A stretch of 64,000 nucleotides of DNA, from positions 68,386,001-68,450,000 of the forward strand of contig OX597822.1 in the NCBI GenBank assembly GCA_951406725.2. Direction: 5' to 3'. Source of the DNA: Octopus vulgaris. Lineage: Eukaryota. The notes below the pieces were generated by a model. The model made no database searches. It saw nothing but the letters and a program-made list of their open reading frames with translations, and had not been told where the DNA came from. Of this stretch, positions 51,225-64,000 are shown piece by piece; positions within the stretch are counted from its first letter, which is position 1, and every line of letters starts with the position of its first letter. The translations under genes and the position numbers were made by a program.

Positions 51225-51673
51225 TATATGTGCAGTCATTTGACTGTGGCCATGCTGGAGCACTGCCTTTAGTCAAACAAATCAACTCCAGGACTTATTC
51301 TTTGTAAGCCTAGTACTTATTCTATTGGTCTCTTTCGCCAAACCACTAAGTTATGGGGAACATAAACACACCAAGATCAGTTGTCAAGTGATGGTGGTGG
51401 TGGGGGCAAATACAGATACACAAACATATAGAAATATATATATATATAATATATAATCTATATCTATATATATATAATCTATATACATCTATATCTATAT
51501 ATATATATATATGACGGGGTTCTTTCAGTTTCCATCTGCCAAATCCACTCACAAAGCTTTGGTAGGCCCAAGGCTATAATAGAAGATACTTGCCCAAGGT
51601 GCCATGCAGTAGGACTGAACCCAAGACCATGTAGTTGGTAAACAATTACTTACTACACAGCCACAACTGCGCC

Positions 51674-51675
<2 letters not shown>
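51225..51675 (-). mobile_element. SINE family A, full-length
   Basis: Reverse complement of 3069-3490. Confidence 0.85.
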
Positions 51676-51704
<29 letters not shown>

Positions 51705-52042
51705 TAAGTGTGTCTTCATGTTTCTGTCCCATACCACTTAATAGCTGTTGGTTTGTTTACATCTCCATTACTAGGCATTCATCGAAGGAAAGATAATAGG
51801 TAACAGACTTAAAAAATATGCACTTTGCTTAATTTTATTTTTACTAAACACCTCAATACAGTACTCCAGCATGGTCACAGTCTAATGATTGAAACAAATT
51901 GAAGAGCAAAGAACTCATCCAAAGATGTGTAAGGGCGCAAAAAAAATTAGACTGCATTGATTTAGATTATTCATTAACCGTTTCCATGCTGGCACGGATA
52001 CCTCTTTGTCTCTTGTTCTGTGAAATCTCTCATTTTAACCTT

Positions 52043-52460
52043 TACAAGGTGGTAGCAAAAGATTCCTGGACTAGTTATGCTTAATAAAAGACAATTTATT
52101 TTCCTAAGTTTTAACATTGTCTCCTTTGAAATAATCACCTTGCACAGCAATACACCTGTCCCAGCATTCCTGCCACTTTTGGAATCCAGTCTGGAAGTCA
52201 TTTTCCGTGACTCGAGAACTTTTGGAAATTTTCTCTGGATGTGGACAACAGTGTTAAAATGGTGACCTTTGAACTGCATCATGATGAGATGGAAGTCCAC
52301 AGGTGCTAAATCTTGTGGCTAGGGAGGATACAGAAGCGATACCATCTTGTTTTTGGTGAGAAACTCATGAATGAGAAGAGCTCAGTGACAGAGTACATTG
52401 TCCTTGTGAAGAATCCAGTTCTTCATGCTCCACAGATCTGGTCATTTTTGCCAAATGCCC
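52043..52460 (-). mobile_element. Mariner transposase 3' fragment with one TIR
   Basis: Minus strand 'WILHKDN..H.ALLIHEFLTKNKMVSLLYPP*PQDLAPVDF...FQKWQECWDRCIAVQGDYFKGD' (decayed HDNA and YSPDLAP motifs); TA-CAAGGTGGTAGCAAAAG TIR-like end. Confidence 0.85.
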
Positions 52461-52940
52461 TGGTGACACTCTGTAAAATCCATGCCAAAACAAGACAGTG
52501 GAATCTGGTGCAGTCCTTGGGTTTACCAGCTTCTATCAAACCATCCAACCCATGGAAGGCAGCTGTTATATGATGGTGATGATGATGACAAAGACTTCAT
52601 TTCACTAATTTTATACTAATTGCCCATTTGAATACACTGACCATAAGGACAACACAAGTGAACTGAAAAGGGAAAAAAAAGAGGTGAGAAAGATGCAGAA
52701 AGGGGAAAATACTAACCCTCTTCTTTCATCAATCTGTATAATAAATCAGAATGGCACCTTGCTGGATAGTTCATTTCTTCTCTCTGCTTACCTGTTCTAT
52801 TATGGACAAATAGCTTAATAAAATGGAAAATTTCTGGTTGATGCAAGTTAAATCTAAAAGCAATATAAATAAATTATTGTGCATATCATCTTGGGCTTCA
52901 AGTAATTCCAGTTGTGAATAATGTTAGTCCATTCTTACTA

Positions 52941-53217
52941 CTACTACTACTATTAATAATAATAATAAATGCGCCCTTTTAAAGCCTAGCCAGGCTCATG
53001 GGCCTGGTTTCCCGGTTTCTATGGTGTATGTGTTCCCCAGCTGGACGGGACGCCAGTCCATCGCAGTGTTACTCATTTTTGCCAGCTGAGTAGACTGTAG
53101 CAACGTGAAATGAAGTGTTTTGCTCAAGAACACAACGTGTCACCTGGTCCAGGAATCAAAACCACAATCTTACGATCATGATGCTGACACCCTAACCACT
53201 AAGCCACGTGCCTCCTC
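52941..53217 (-). mobile_element. SINE family C with tail 3, 13-bp TSD
   Basis: TSD TCCATTCTTACTA at 52928 and 53218; family C head and CORE-like body. Confidence 0.9.
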
Positions 53218-53467
53218 TCCATTCTTACTAGTATAACAGAATTACTAAAAGACTTACTGTTACATGTCACAACTGCATAGATTTTATCTTAATCAATTAG
53301 AAATAACCAAATTCCTCTTAACACATTGTCTCTGTGTATCACGTGATATATGACACGTTTTCTTGGTGTTCATGCATTGTATATGATACACATTTTCGGC
53401 TATATACAATCACCAGAGTAACAAGAGACTTATGAAAGAAAAGCTTTATGTTACTCAGAACTTATTA

Positions 53468-53782
53468 TCTTTTTTTTAATGTGTCCTTTTCAAGCCTAGC
53501 CAGGCTCATGGGCCCGGTTTCCCAGTTTCTATGGCGTATGTGTTCCCCCCAGCTGGACAGGACGCCAGTCTCTTGCAGCGTTACCCAAGAAACAGGAGGA
53601 AAGAGTGAGAGAAAGTTGGGGGCGAAAGAGTACAACAGGGGTCACCACCACCCCCTGCCGGAGCCTCGTGTAGCTTTAGATGTTTTCGCTCAATAAACAC
53701 ACACAACCCCCGGTCTGAGAATCGAAACCGCAATCCTCCGACCGCGAGTCCGCTGCCCTAACCACTGGGTCATTGAGCCTCC
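53468..53782 (-). mobile_element. SINE family B with tail 3, 12-bp TSD
   Basis: TSD CAGAACTTATTA at 53456 and 53783. Confidence 0.9.
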
Positions 53783-54174
53783 CAGAACTTATTAGACAAG
53801 GCTTAACTAAAAGTGTGGAAACAAGTATGGATGTTTAGAACAAATTTATGAAAATGCTTTGAACAGTTGCAATATTAAACCACACACTTAAAACAATGAA
53901 AACGAAGAAAAAATTGATCAATGTAATCTTGGCATCTAAATGAAAAGAATTGTAATCGTGTAATCTATATAAATTGATTAGATATTCATGGATTGACCAT
54001 AATTCTAATCTGGGATAATCTTCAGCCTAGTAGCAACACCACCAAAATCAGTGACAGAGCATCATTACAGGGCACTTAATTAATTTTTCTTAATTTTAGT
54101 ATATAAAACAAAATACATTGAAATAATATGGATTTAGCATATTGAAAACTGGGGTAATTTGGGACGGCCAAATA

Positions 54175-54530
54175 TACTCTTTTCAGTCATTTTACTGTGG
54201 CCATGCTGGAGCACCACTTTTAGTCGATCGAGCAAATCGACCCCAGGACTTATTCTTTGTAAGCCCAGTACTTATTCTATCGGTCTCTTTTGCTGAACTG
54301 CTAAGTTACGGTGACATAAGCACACCATCGGTTGTCAAGCGATGTTGGGGGGGACAAACACAGACACACGAACATACACACACATACATATACATACATA
54401 TATACAACGGGCTTCTTTCAGTTTCCATCTACCAAATCCACTCACTAGGCTTTGGTCGGCCCGAGGCTATAGTAGAAGACACTTGCCCAAGGTGCTACGC
54501 AGTGGAACTGAACCCGGAACCATGTGGTTA
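54175..54530 (-). mobile_element. SINE family A
   Basis: Reverse complement of 3105-3490. Confidence 0.85.
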
Positions 54531-54969
54531 TGTATATATATATATATAAAACATGTATGCTATAGACCTGATTGTCCCATATTTTCCCAGCTTTTCAACA
54601 TGCTAAATACTTATTTCACTGCCTTATATGTCCTCATCATTGTTTTAATGTCCACTTTTCCATGCTAGCATGGGTTGAACTGAGTTTGCTGAGGTAGATT
54701 TTCTATCACCAATACTCACCTGTTTCTAAGCAAGGTGATATTTTCTTGTAGCTAGACATGTTCTCGTAGAATATTGGAGATGAATGACACTGCCATGTCA
54801 TGACAAGGAAACACAAACACACACATATAAGGTTCCTCAGTTGGATGTCTTTTATAACCCCAAAATGCCATTCCTAACACCATCTATATCAACATCATCA
54901 CCTAACATCTACTTTCTCATGCATAGATCAGTTTGTTAGGCAGTTTTTCTACAGCTGGATGCCCTTAGC

Positions 54970-55201
54970 AGCATCCGAATGTGGCCGATGCCAGTGTTGC
55001 CTGACTGGCTCCCAGCTGGTGGCACATAAAAAGCACCCACTACACTCTCAGAGGGGTCGGCGTTAGGAAGGGCATCCAGCTGTAGAAACATTGCCAGATC
55101 AGATTGGAGTCTGATGTGGCGTCTTGGCTTGCCAGTCCCCAGTCAAACTATCCAACCCATGCCAGCATGGAAAACAGATGTTAAACGATGATGATGATGA
55201 T
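54970..55201 (+). mobile_element. Family E retroposon
   Basis: Similarity to 36660-36885. Confidence 0.8.
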
Positions 55202-55273
55202 CATATATATATATATATATATAAAACAAATTATGTTAATGACAGACATATTAACAGATGTTTTTTTTTTTAA

Positions 55274-55494
55274 CCCTTTCGTTACCAACCTGGCTGAAAC
55301 CGGCTCTGGCTCTTTAGTATAAATGTCTTGTTTTCATAAGTTTTGAATTCAAATCTTCCTCCAAATCTTAGTTAAAATTTGTGTTCCTAACACTAGCTTA
55401 ATGATAACGAAGTTAATTTACTAAATTCTTTGTTATATTTAAAATAATTGAAAGAAACACAGAGCATCTCAAAATAAATACAGTAACAAAAGGG
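55274..55494. mobile_element. piggyBac-like MITE (221 bp)
   Basis: TTAA-CCCTTTCGTTAC ... GTAACAAAAGGG-TTAA. Confidence 0.8.
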
Positions 55495-55769
55495 TTAAAT
55501 TGCCTGCTTCAAAACAAGTTTTCCAGTTCCTTGATGTTATGTTTGATCATGATGATGATTTCCAACAATGGCACCAACTCAGACATGCTTGTGGGGAAGG
55601 AACAGTACAGGACTAGCACTTTAGTTTATTGACCCAGAAGGTTGAAGAATAAAATTAACCTTTTCAATATTTGAACTCAAAATATAAGCAGCTGTATCTC
55701 ATAGTGAGAGCCATTTTCTTCAGTATACTCTAATAATTTTTGCCTGTCCACTGTCCGGCCATACTGACA

Positions 55770-56570
55770 TAGGTCAGCTCAGGTATGAGAGCTTGCACCA
55801 TTGCAGTGCTTTGCTGTGTTTGCTTGGGTTGTCCCAGGTGACCCTCCACGCAGTGTCTCAGTCAATTCCCATTTCTGAAAGATACTTCCTCATCTGCAGT
55901 GACAGACCAGTACAAACCCCATCACTCCTGCCAGATCCTCAAAGAAGAGAACATGGTACACATGATCCAACTCAGAAAAATCAAACATGGCCAAACAGTT
56001 TAAACTGATTTCCTGAAGCATAGGAGTAACAGAACACATTCCAGTCCATGAGTATAGTCATTGGTTGGGTATAAAACCTGAACGATGGTACATCCAAAGC
56101 ATCTAGGTACCAAAGGAGTTTAGGTGGCTCCTAAAGGCTCTGGACAGTGTCCAAGTCTTGCAGCTGTAGATCAAGACAAAGACCAGATATCTGAAGATAC
56201 AAACCTTTGTTCTCATGTTCAGATATTGGTACCCTTGTCCAGTGAGTCCACAACTACACTATTATGCCCAAGTCTTTGGATGGGCAGTTAATGCTGTAAT
56301 GGATCATACTGCTGAGATGAGTGAAGTGACCAACAATTTCAACATTTTCACCTGCAACAGAGACAGATGAGGTGGAGTCCTTTGAGAAGCCAAAAAAGAC
56401 TGGATATTTGTCTTGACCCAAGAACCTCTAAGGCTAAGTGGTTCTGCTTCCTCACTTGGTGAACAAAAGTACTCCTTAAAAATTCCAGAGACCTCAGCAA
56501 GAATAACCACTTCAACAGCAAAATCTAGGTAAGTAATCCTGGTTTCACTAATGAGTGCTACACAAATCAA
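55770..56570 (-). mobile_element. RTE-clade LINE RT fragment, degenerate
   Basis: 'ITYLDFAVEVVILAE...EEAEPLSLRGSWVKTNIQ' resembles RTE 'LDFADDVVILAE...EEAKPLGL.VSW.KTK'; downstream 'LIYSCKTWTL'. Confidence 0.75.
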
Positions 56571-56944
56571 TCAAACCACTGTCCAGCCACAGATTTGATA
56601 CTAACAACCCCAGTATTTGACTGGTACATTACTTTATCAACCCTGGATGGTTGAAAGACAAAGTTGACTGTTATGAGATTTGAACTCAGAATGCTTGAAT
56701 AAAAACCTGCAAGGTATTTTGCTGAACACTCTTAAAATTCTGCCAATACATCATCCTTTCATTTTACTTCTAAAATTCTTTCTTTTAGTAGGTGCAGATA
56801 TTTTGGGAAGGGTATAAAATCATTTTGACATTTTTGGTCTCATGAGGAAGGACAATGTGCCTCGTACAAAAATTGTCCTGAGAGCTGGGATCTACAGTGT
56901 TGAGGCCTGCATCCTTTGTTGTGTTCTCTACTGAGTTGGCTGTG

Positions 56945-57385
56945 GGATTTGGATGCTGGATAACTGGCTCCCAAAGATGGTAATCTTTAGTGAGATCGAG
57001 ACTGGAAATAAACCTCATGAATGTCCAAAACTTCATTTTCATGATCATCTCAAGCAGGCTCTTATTTTATATGGGGTTCTTCCCAATCAGTTTGAAATCC
57101 TGGCTGCTAATCAGAAGGCATGGAGGTCCCCGTGTGATGTTGGAGTAGAGCACTTTGAGATTGAATGCAGGAGACTGCATGAAGAGAGGAAAAGACATCA
57201 TTATCAACCCCCTGTGGCTGTTGTTCGGGGGTCACTTCAGGTGTCCTCAGTGCCACAGGATCTGCCTCTTTCACATCAGACTTGTCAGCTACGCCCGCTC
57301 TCATGAGAAATAATGTGCTGAAGGCAAAAGAGGAAGATCAATGTCTTGGATCAACACTGTCATCACCTATGATGGGTTGCCAAAT
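56945..57385 (+). mobile_element. RTE/BovB-like LINE 3' end
   Basis: 'LPKMVIFSEI..G...PKLHFHDHLK...FEILAANQKAWR...GVEHFE' plus a frameshifted C2H2-like 'FRCPQCHRIC'. Confidence 0.75.
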
Positions 57386-57927
57386 GCAAAAATAACCCTA
57401 ACCCTAACCTTTTAATATCTGACTGATATGTCACATTATCGACCCTGGAAGGATGAAAAGCAAAGTTAATCCAAGCAGGATTTGAACTCAAACCCTAGAG
57501 ATCCATTACTAAATACTGCAATAATAATTTCTAAGGTCATCTAGATGTAATTTTAGAGTCACAATTTTGTAGGGTGTTGCATATTTTTGCAACTATTCCT
57601 TTTTATTTTCATTGTTTATTTCTTGCAAACCATGCCAAAGCAATCATTTACAATTTAATTAATTAATTAATCAACAAGGTATAAATTTTCAAATCAGATT
57701 GGGACAGGACAAAAAAAAAAAAAAAAAAAAAAAATTATGCTGAAAACATGAGTTAATTTTGATGTTTGTGTTGAAGACATTTGCAGGAGGTGGGTGGGGG
57801 GGAGAAGTGCTGGATTATATTGGTCATAATTAAATTGAGGTTTTCTTTCTATTTGTTTTTGTAAAGACAGTATTTAAATGTGGCAATGATATGAAAGAAA
57901 TTCCCCCTCTACCATACACTCTGCCCA

Positions 57928-58194
57928 AAATTTAAAAAAATAATAAATGCGCCCTTTTTAAAGCCTAGCCAGGCTCATGGGCCCAGTTTCCTGGTTTCTA
58001 TGGCGTATGTGTTCCCCAGCTGGACAGGACACCAGTCCATTGCAGTGTTTCTTATTTTTGCCAGCTGAGTGGACTGGAGCAACGTGAAATGAAGTGTTTT
58101 GCTCAAGAACACAACACGTCACCCAGTCCAGGAATCGAAACCACAATCTTAGTCATGGTGCTGACACCCTAACCACTATCCCACGTGCCCCCAC
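57928..58194 (-). mobile_element. SINE family C with tail 3, 12-bp TSD
   Basis: TSD ACACTCTGCCCA at 57916 and 58195; similar to 52941-53217. Confidence 0.9.
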
Positions 58195-59249
58195 ACACTC
58201 TGCCCAGCCCCACCCAAATTAAATAATAAATAAGACAATTACGAAAGGTAAATGAATACAGAGAAAGGTACTGACTGGAACACGGGGGGTAATTTCAAAA
58301 GTTTTTTTTTTTTAAAAGCTATTGTTTTTTTCTTTTATTTTTCCTGACTGATTTCTATTTCCAAAAATGGGGGGAGAGAGAGAGAGAGAGAAAGAAAGAG
58401 AGAATGAGAAAGATGAGTCAGATGGAGGCAGGAGAAATACAGAAGGAACACACACACACACACACACATACATACATACATACAAAAAAAAAAAAAGAAA
58501 ACAATCTGTAAAACAAAGAACTTTAGAATGATGTTTGAAGAAATATACAGGAACCGGAACCAGGAATGTGGTAGAATTTATTTTTAAAGCCAACAAGTTG
58601 TGGTTATTCTGAGAGTCAATTGGAATGAAGGCAAAAAAAAAAAAAGAAAAAAATTTCTAAGGCAGCCAAGTTAAGTAATGGACAAGGTTGTTATTGTCTT
58701 TGTTTTTTTCTTTAAAAAGTTTTTTTTTTCAAAATAACAGAAAAAAAGAACATCAAAAAACATTTCATTTTCATAAAAAAAGGAGAGAGAAAAAAAGGCA
58801 CCATTTTTTTTTAATATATATAAAAGAGATTGTGGTTTTTGTTGTAGTTTTTTTTTTGTTAGATTTCAAGACACATTTTTTTTTGCTTAGGGAGGGGGTG
58901 TTATATTTTTACCATTCTTAAAAAAAATTACAAATGAAAAAAAAATGTTAAAATTAAAAAAAAAACAGGTGTGGTGGAAATCAAATGTTTAATATTAATG
59001 ATTAATTAAGGATGGAGTTAATTGATTTTTTTTTTTTTTAACTTTGTTTTGTTTTTGTTTTCTGAAACAATATTTATCAATTGTCAGGAAATATACAATA
59101 TGGTGAATCTTGGAATCAAAAGGATTATGTTTCTAATGTAAGGTAAAAATTTGCAGAAGCAATTCCAGTCAAACAAACACTGGTTCAAAAACGTCTGCAA
59201 CAAACTTGGTAATATCATTCATTATCATCACCATTGGTGCCATTGTGTC

Positions 59250-59299
<50 letters not shown>

Positions 59300-59479
59300 T
59301 GAATTAGGTGATGCTAGTGATGGTGGTGGAGGGAATCTGGATAGAATATTTACTGGAATTTCTCACAAATTTCTCATACATACACACACACACATATATA
59401 CATACATGTACACACAGATGTCTCAAATTAACATAGAAGATTGAGACGAAATGGCCAATTTACTTATAATAAATAAAAA

Positions 59480-60435
59480 TTATTCTTTCTAGTTTTAAAG
59501 GGGAGCGGATTAGTCAATTGCAATGACCCCCATTGCCCCACTAGTACTTATTTTATCAACCTCGTTAAGGATGAAAGGAAAAGTTGATCGCGGCAGAATT
59601 TTTATTCAGAATGTAATGAATCAGAAGAAATACCACAAAGCACTTCTTCTGGTACTCTTAACAGTTCTGCCAGCTCACCATTTTGAGGGGTGGGGTCAGT
59701 CAGTTATATCGACCTTGGTACTTGATCAGTACTTTAGTCTAAAAACCCCCAATTTCTTACATAGGCACAATACCTGAAATCCAGGGAAAGGGTTAGCCAA
59801 TTAAATCACCCCCAATATGTGACTGGTACTTTATTTTATCAACCCTGGAAAGATGAAAGGCAAAGTCAACCTAGATGGGATTTGAACTCAGAAGGTAGAG
59901 TACCAAAGCAAATTACTACCTGGCAATGCTCTAATAATTCAGCCAATCTACAATTATGATGTTTCTTACATTGATAAGTAAAAGGCTTGAAACTTGAGAG
60001 ATAAGGTCACCTAGTACTCGAATGGTACTTTATTTTATCAATCCTGGAAAGGCAAAGTCAATCTCAGTGGCATTTGAACTCAGAATGTGAAGAGCCAAGA
60101 CAAATACTGCAAAGGGATTTTGTCTGGAGCTCTAACAATTCTGTCAATCCACCAATTAATAATAATAATCATTCTTTCTAATTTGGGCATGAGGCCAGTA
60201 ATTTTGAGGGGGGGGCAGTTGATTACATTGATCCCTGTGCTCAATTGGTAAAAGATGAAAAGGGCAAAGTCAATCTGGCAGTATTTGAACTGTGGAACAT
60301 AAACCCAGAAGCATAAACCTAAGCATTTTCTCCCCCCAGTAAGCTCCACTGCCTTTAATCCTAATAATATTCTACATATAGGTATAAGGCCAGAAAAATT
60401 GACAGGCAAGGGGAATAGCCAATTATATCAATCCC
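59480..60435 (-). mobile_element. Head-to-tail cluster of degenerate SINE family D copies
   Basis: At least four repeats of the (TGGTACT..TTTTATCAA)...AAAGTCAA...TTTGAACT pattern. Confidence 0.7.
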
Positions 60436-63400
60436 AATAATAATAATGATAATAATAAAGTAGGAGTTTAGGGATAATGTTCCACCATTCTCCAAAGCTG
60501 GTGTGAAAAAGCAACATAACAAAAAATAAAAACTGGGCTCAAATATTAATGTAATTATTCCAGGCACTAGCAGACAGATAACAGTAAAAAAAAAATAACA
60601 GAAACAATACATACATACATTTGTTATATATATATATATATATATCAATGCCTCTGCAAGCATGTATAGAACTAACAAAATAGTTCAAATTGGAGGAGTT
60701 TTGTGGGGTATTTTTTTTTTTTGGTCTTGTCTCTTTCTTCTTTCGTATTCTGGTACAGATATGTAAATCAAGACAAAAGACTTGCTGTTGTCACTCTCTC
60801 CACAAAAGAGAGCATAGCATGCCATTTTTTTTTGTTTTTCTTTTTACACATAAATGAACAAACAAACAAACAAACAAACAATCTTGTGCTCATCTAAATT
60901 CTCTTAGATAAAAAAAAATGTTCTTTCTTCCTTCTTTCTTTTCTTGCTTTTTTTTTTTAAATGAATGCAAACTCAACTTTCTCGCAATACGAATGCAATT
61001 ACTAAAATATGAAAGTGAAAGTGGTGATGGTGATTTGGAAAGGAAAAGAATGGGGTAAGAAAAAGGAAAAAAAAAACAAAAAAAAAACAGTAACTTGAAT
61101 ACAAGCAGATTATTAATATCCAAATTTTTCATTGATTATTATTTTATTTGTAAATTGCACAAGTTTATTTTGATAATGCTTTTAATTAAAAAAAAATGTA
61201 TATAACACAAAATCTTTTTTTAAAAATATTAAAAAAACACAAAAATCTCCCCAGAAAAAAAAAAAGACATTTGTTTTGTTCTTTTTTTTTTGTTTATCTT
61301 GGTCTTTCATTTTGTTAGAATGGATGTGGAATGTGGAAAGTGAATAAAAAAAAAACACGAGACATGCACACACATACACATATGCAGACACTCTCTTAAT
61401 TCCTTCTCTCTCAGACACACACACACACACACACACACGGGCTAAAACAAAAAAAAAAACAACCTCAGACAATGAATGTTTGATGAAACAGCATGTCTGT
61501 TGTCTAAAGAACTTTGATATTTTGATGAAACTGTCTGTCTGTTGACAGTTTATATAACAATGAACAGTTAGTCAATGCATGGGAGGGGGGGTGATGAAGG
61601 ATCAATATATTTGTTAGTGTCACTCTTGTAATCTTTAAACAAATTGAAAAGACGAAGAAATACGTAAAAACCAATGTGAAGGATTATGTATGTAAGTCTT
61701 ACTATTTAGTAGGAGATTAAATAACAGTTAATATAAATGGGATGTTGTATTATAAGGGAAAGAATTAAATGCTGCAAACTACTTTTAGGAGATCCTTCAG
61801 ACTTGCCTATAGTTTAACTGGCAAATCTCACTCAAAAGGTTAGACTCTTCATGTATAAATCTGTCAGTGTGGAACAAAAACTAACTTGACAAAGAGAAAA
61901 GAAAAATTTTTAAACAATGACAACTACATTTCATTCCTATACAGTTTGTATCGAATAGTCAGGACAAGGCAAATATCAAGGAGATGGGGAAACAAATCGT
62001 ATAGGTTTCTTCACTTTCCTGGATTTTCCATTTCACCCTTTATCTGTCCTGTGGATTACATATGATACACAAGACATATTTTCCCTGGCATCCATGCATC
62101 GCAGATGATACAGTATTATCCAATTTGTTTTCAAACATCAAAGTAACTTGGGACTTATGAAAGGAAAGCTTTATACTACTCAGAAGGAATGAAACAAAGG
62201 GCTAACCAAAAGTTTGAAAACAAGCATGGCTGTTTAGGACAAACTTATGAAAATGCTTTCAAGAACCAAAGGATATAGGTCTCTCCTTTCATGAGTATAA
62301 ATGCAAACATCTTACAAAGAGCAATATAACTTGCACTAGCCCTTTGCTGCAGTCCTGTCTATTAGGGTACAGAATTACAGAATTTACCATAGCTGCATTA
62401 ATAGATTAAATTAAATTAAAAATATACTTAGTGATCATATATGTATTTTGAAATTGTATGTGAGACAATATGCCTTAATCTTACTCTTTAAAAAAACTAT
62501 TCTATTTCATGCATATTATGTACATTGTCATGAATATATGTTGTAAATATATTATACTATGAACACACGAGTGTATGTATGAATGTGTGTGTGTGTGTGT
62601 GTGTGCGTGTGTACCGGAAAGCTAGAATTAAAATAACAAATGGAGAAGGAGAAAGCCTGAAAGAAGGTGACTAGTAAAATAATTTGATAAAGACTGCTAA
62701 ATAAAAAAAAATGCGTGTGAAGGTGATACAGTTGATGGACCAGTGTAAAATGTTACAATAAGTTTTAATGTGTTTGTAAACAAATATACACAAGGTTTAC
62801 ATGGCTGCATATGTGTGTGTGTATGTGTGTGTGATGCCAAAGGTTTGCATATGTGTGTGATTTTAAGACTTAAAGACTTATGAATATGAATTGAATTTTT
62901 TGCAAATGTCCAAAACATTTCATTTACATTGTGATTATAGGAAGGCAAACTTATGTTAGTATGTATAACATGGTACACAGTATGGAAGGATATTTTTCTA
63001 GATAAAATACTATGATGGCAGATGCTTAAAGTAGGTAGACAAAGGAGAAGAGAAGAAGATAGAAAATGGACTTAAATTTGCAGGAAAAATGGATCCGGTG
63101 TGGATATCACAACAAACAGGTATATGGATCAGGATTGATCAGCTAAAATATATTGTAAAGTTGGAATGGGGAAAAAATTTCAAAAAATCACTCAGTGACT
63201 TGGAATGAATTGGAGTAGAGTAGAATGGAATATTGGAATGGAGTGTAACTTACTGGAGTGTTGGTAGTAAATGTTATAATCATTAGAAAAGAAATGAACA
63301 AAAATAAAAAAAACTAACAGGTGGAATGTAGAAATGTAGGAATGTAGTCAGAAAATAAAATTTTAGAAAACGATATATTCTGAAGACAGACAAAAAAAAA

Positions 63401-63769
63401 AACAACAAAAAGAACCAATAACAATGGAAAATTTGAAATAATAATAACGGTAATCATTTTACATGCTTTAAGAAAAATGCAGTTTCTTCTGATGCAAAAA
63501 CCAAAATTATTATGGTGAATAATGATTTCTAGTGTACACACAAAAAAAAAACAAACCAACAAAAACAATTGAAAAAAGATAAAATACAGGAACAAAAATA
63601 ACAGTCATTGATTCTAAAATGCCAAAAGAGATGTTTTCCTTCATTCTACTGGAGAGGGTGGGGGTTGGAATGGTGGCAGGTTGTATGTTTGCATGTATGT
63701 GCATATTAAGTAAGCATACATATACTATACACACACACACAAATATATAAGGATATATATATACATACA

Positions 63770-64000
63770 TATAAATATACCTATAATATATATATATTCA
63801 TATAAATATGTTTAAATACATATAAATGAATATATGTATGTGTGTGTGTGTGAGTGTATGTATATATGTATATATATATTCATATAAATATGTTTAAATA
63901 CACATAAATGAATATGTGTGTGTACATATATATACATATATTCACATAAATATGTTTAAATACATATAAATGAATATATGTATGTATGTATATATATCTA
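63770..64000. repeat. AT-rich minisatellite
   Basis: ATAAATATGTTTAAATACA.ATAAATGAATAT repeated three times. Confidence 0.85.

Noticed and set aside
57393-57409. Telomeric TAACCC repeat
   Set aside because: Fewer than three copies; too short to call an interstitial telomere.

Overview
AT-rich eukaryotic (animal) DNA that reads as intronic or intergenic. The SINE families and the extreme microsatellite load resemble Octopus (coleoid cephalopod); this is an inference from memory, not a database hit. I found no intact host protein-coding exon, and almost all ORFs in the track are microsatellite or SINE read-throughs. The window is a nested transposon graveyard. It holds three CR1-group LINE copies (best at 39.1-41.8 kb), RTE and R4/Dong-like LINE scraps, four tRNA-derived SINE families plus an RTE-like tail element, mariner/hAT/piggyBac MITEs and relics, two non-autonomous Helitrons and a Gypsy-type solo LTR. 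The most striking signal is a dense population of small (200-400 bp), mostly unrelated cassettes, usually sitting between (TA)n tracts, each carrying one minimal type-I hammerhead ribozyme motif. Five or six have an essentially canonical core and about six more are decayed. Several show inverted or tandem arrangements typical of Penelope-like pLTRs or non-LTR retrozymes. Also notable: a LINE/SINE shared 3' end with a compensatory stem-loop, and head/tail module swapping between SINE families.
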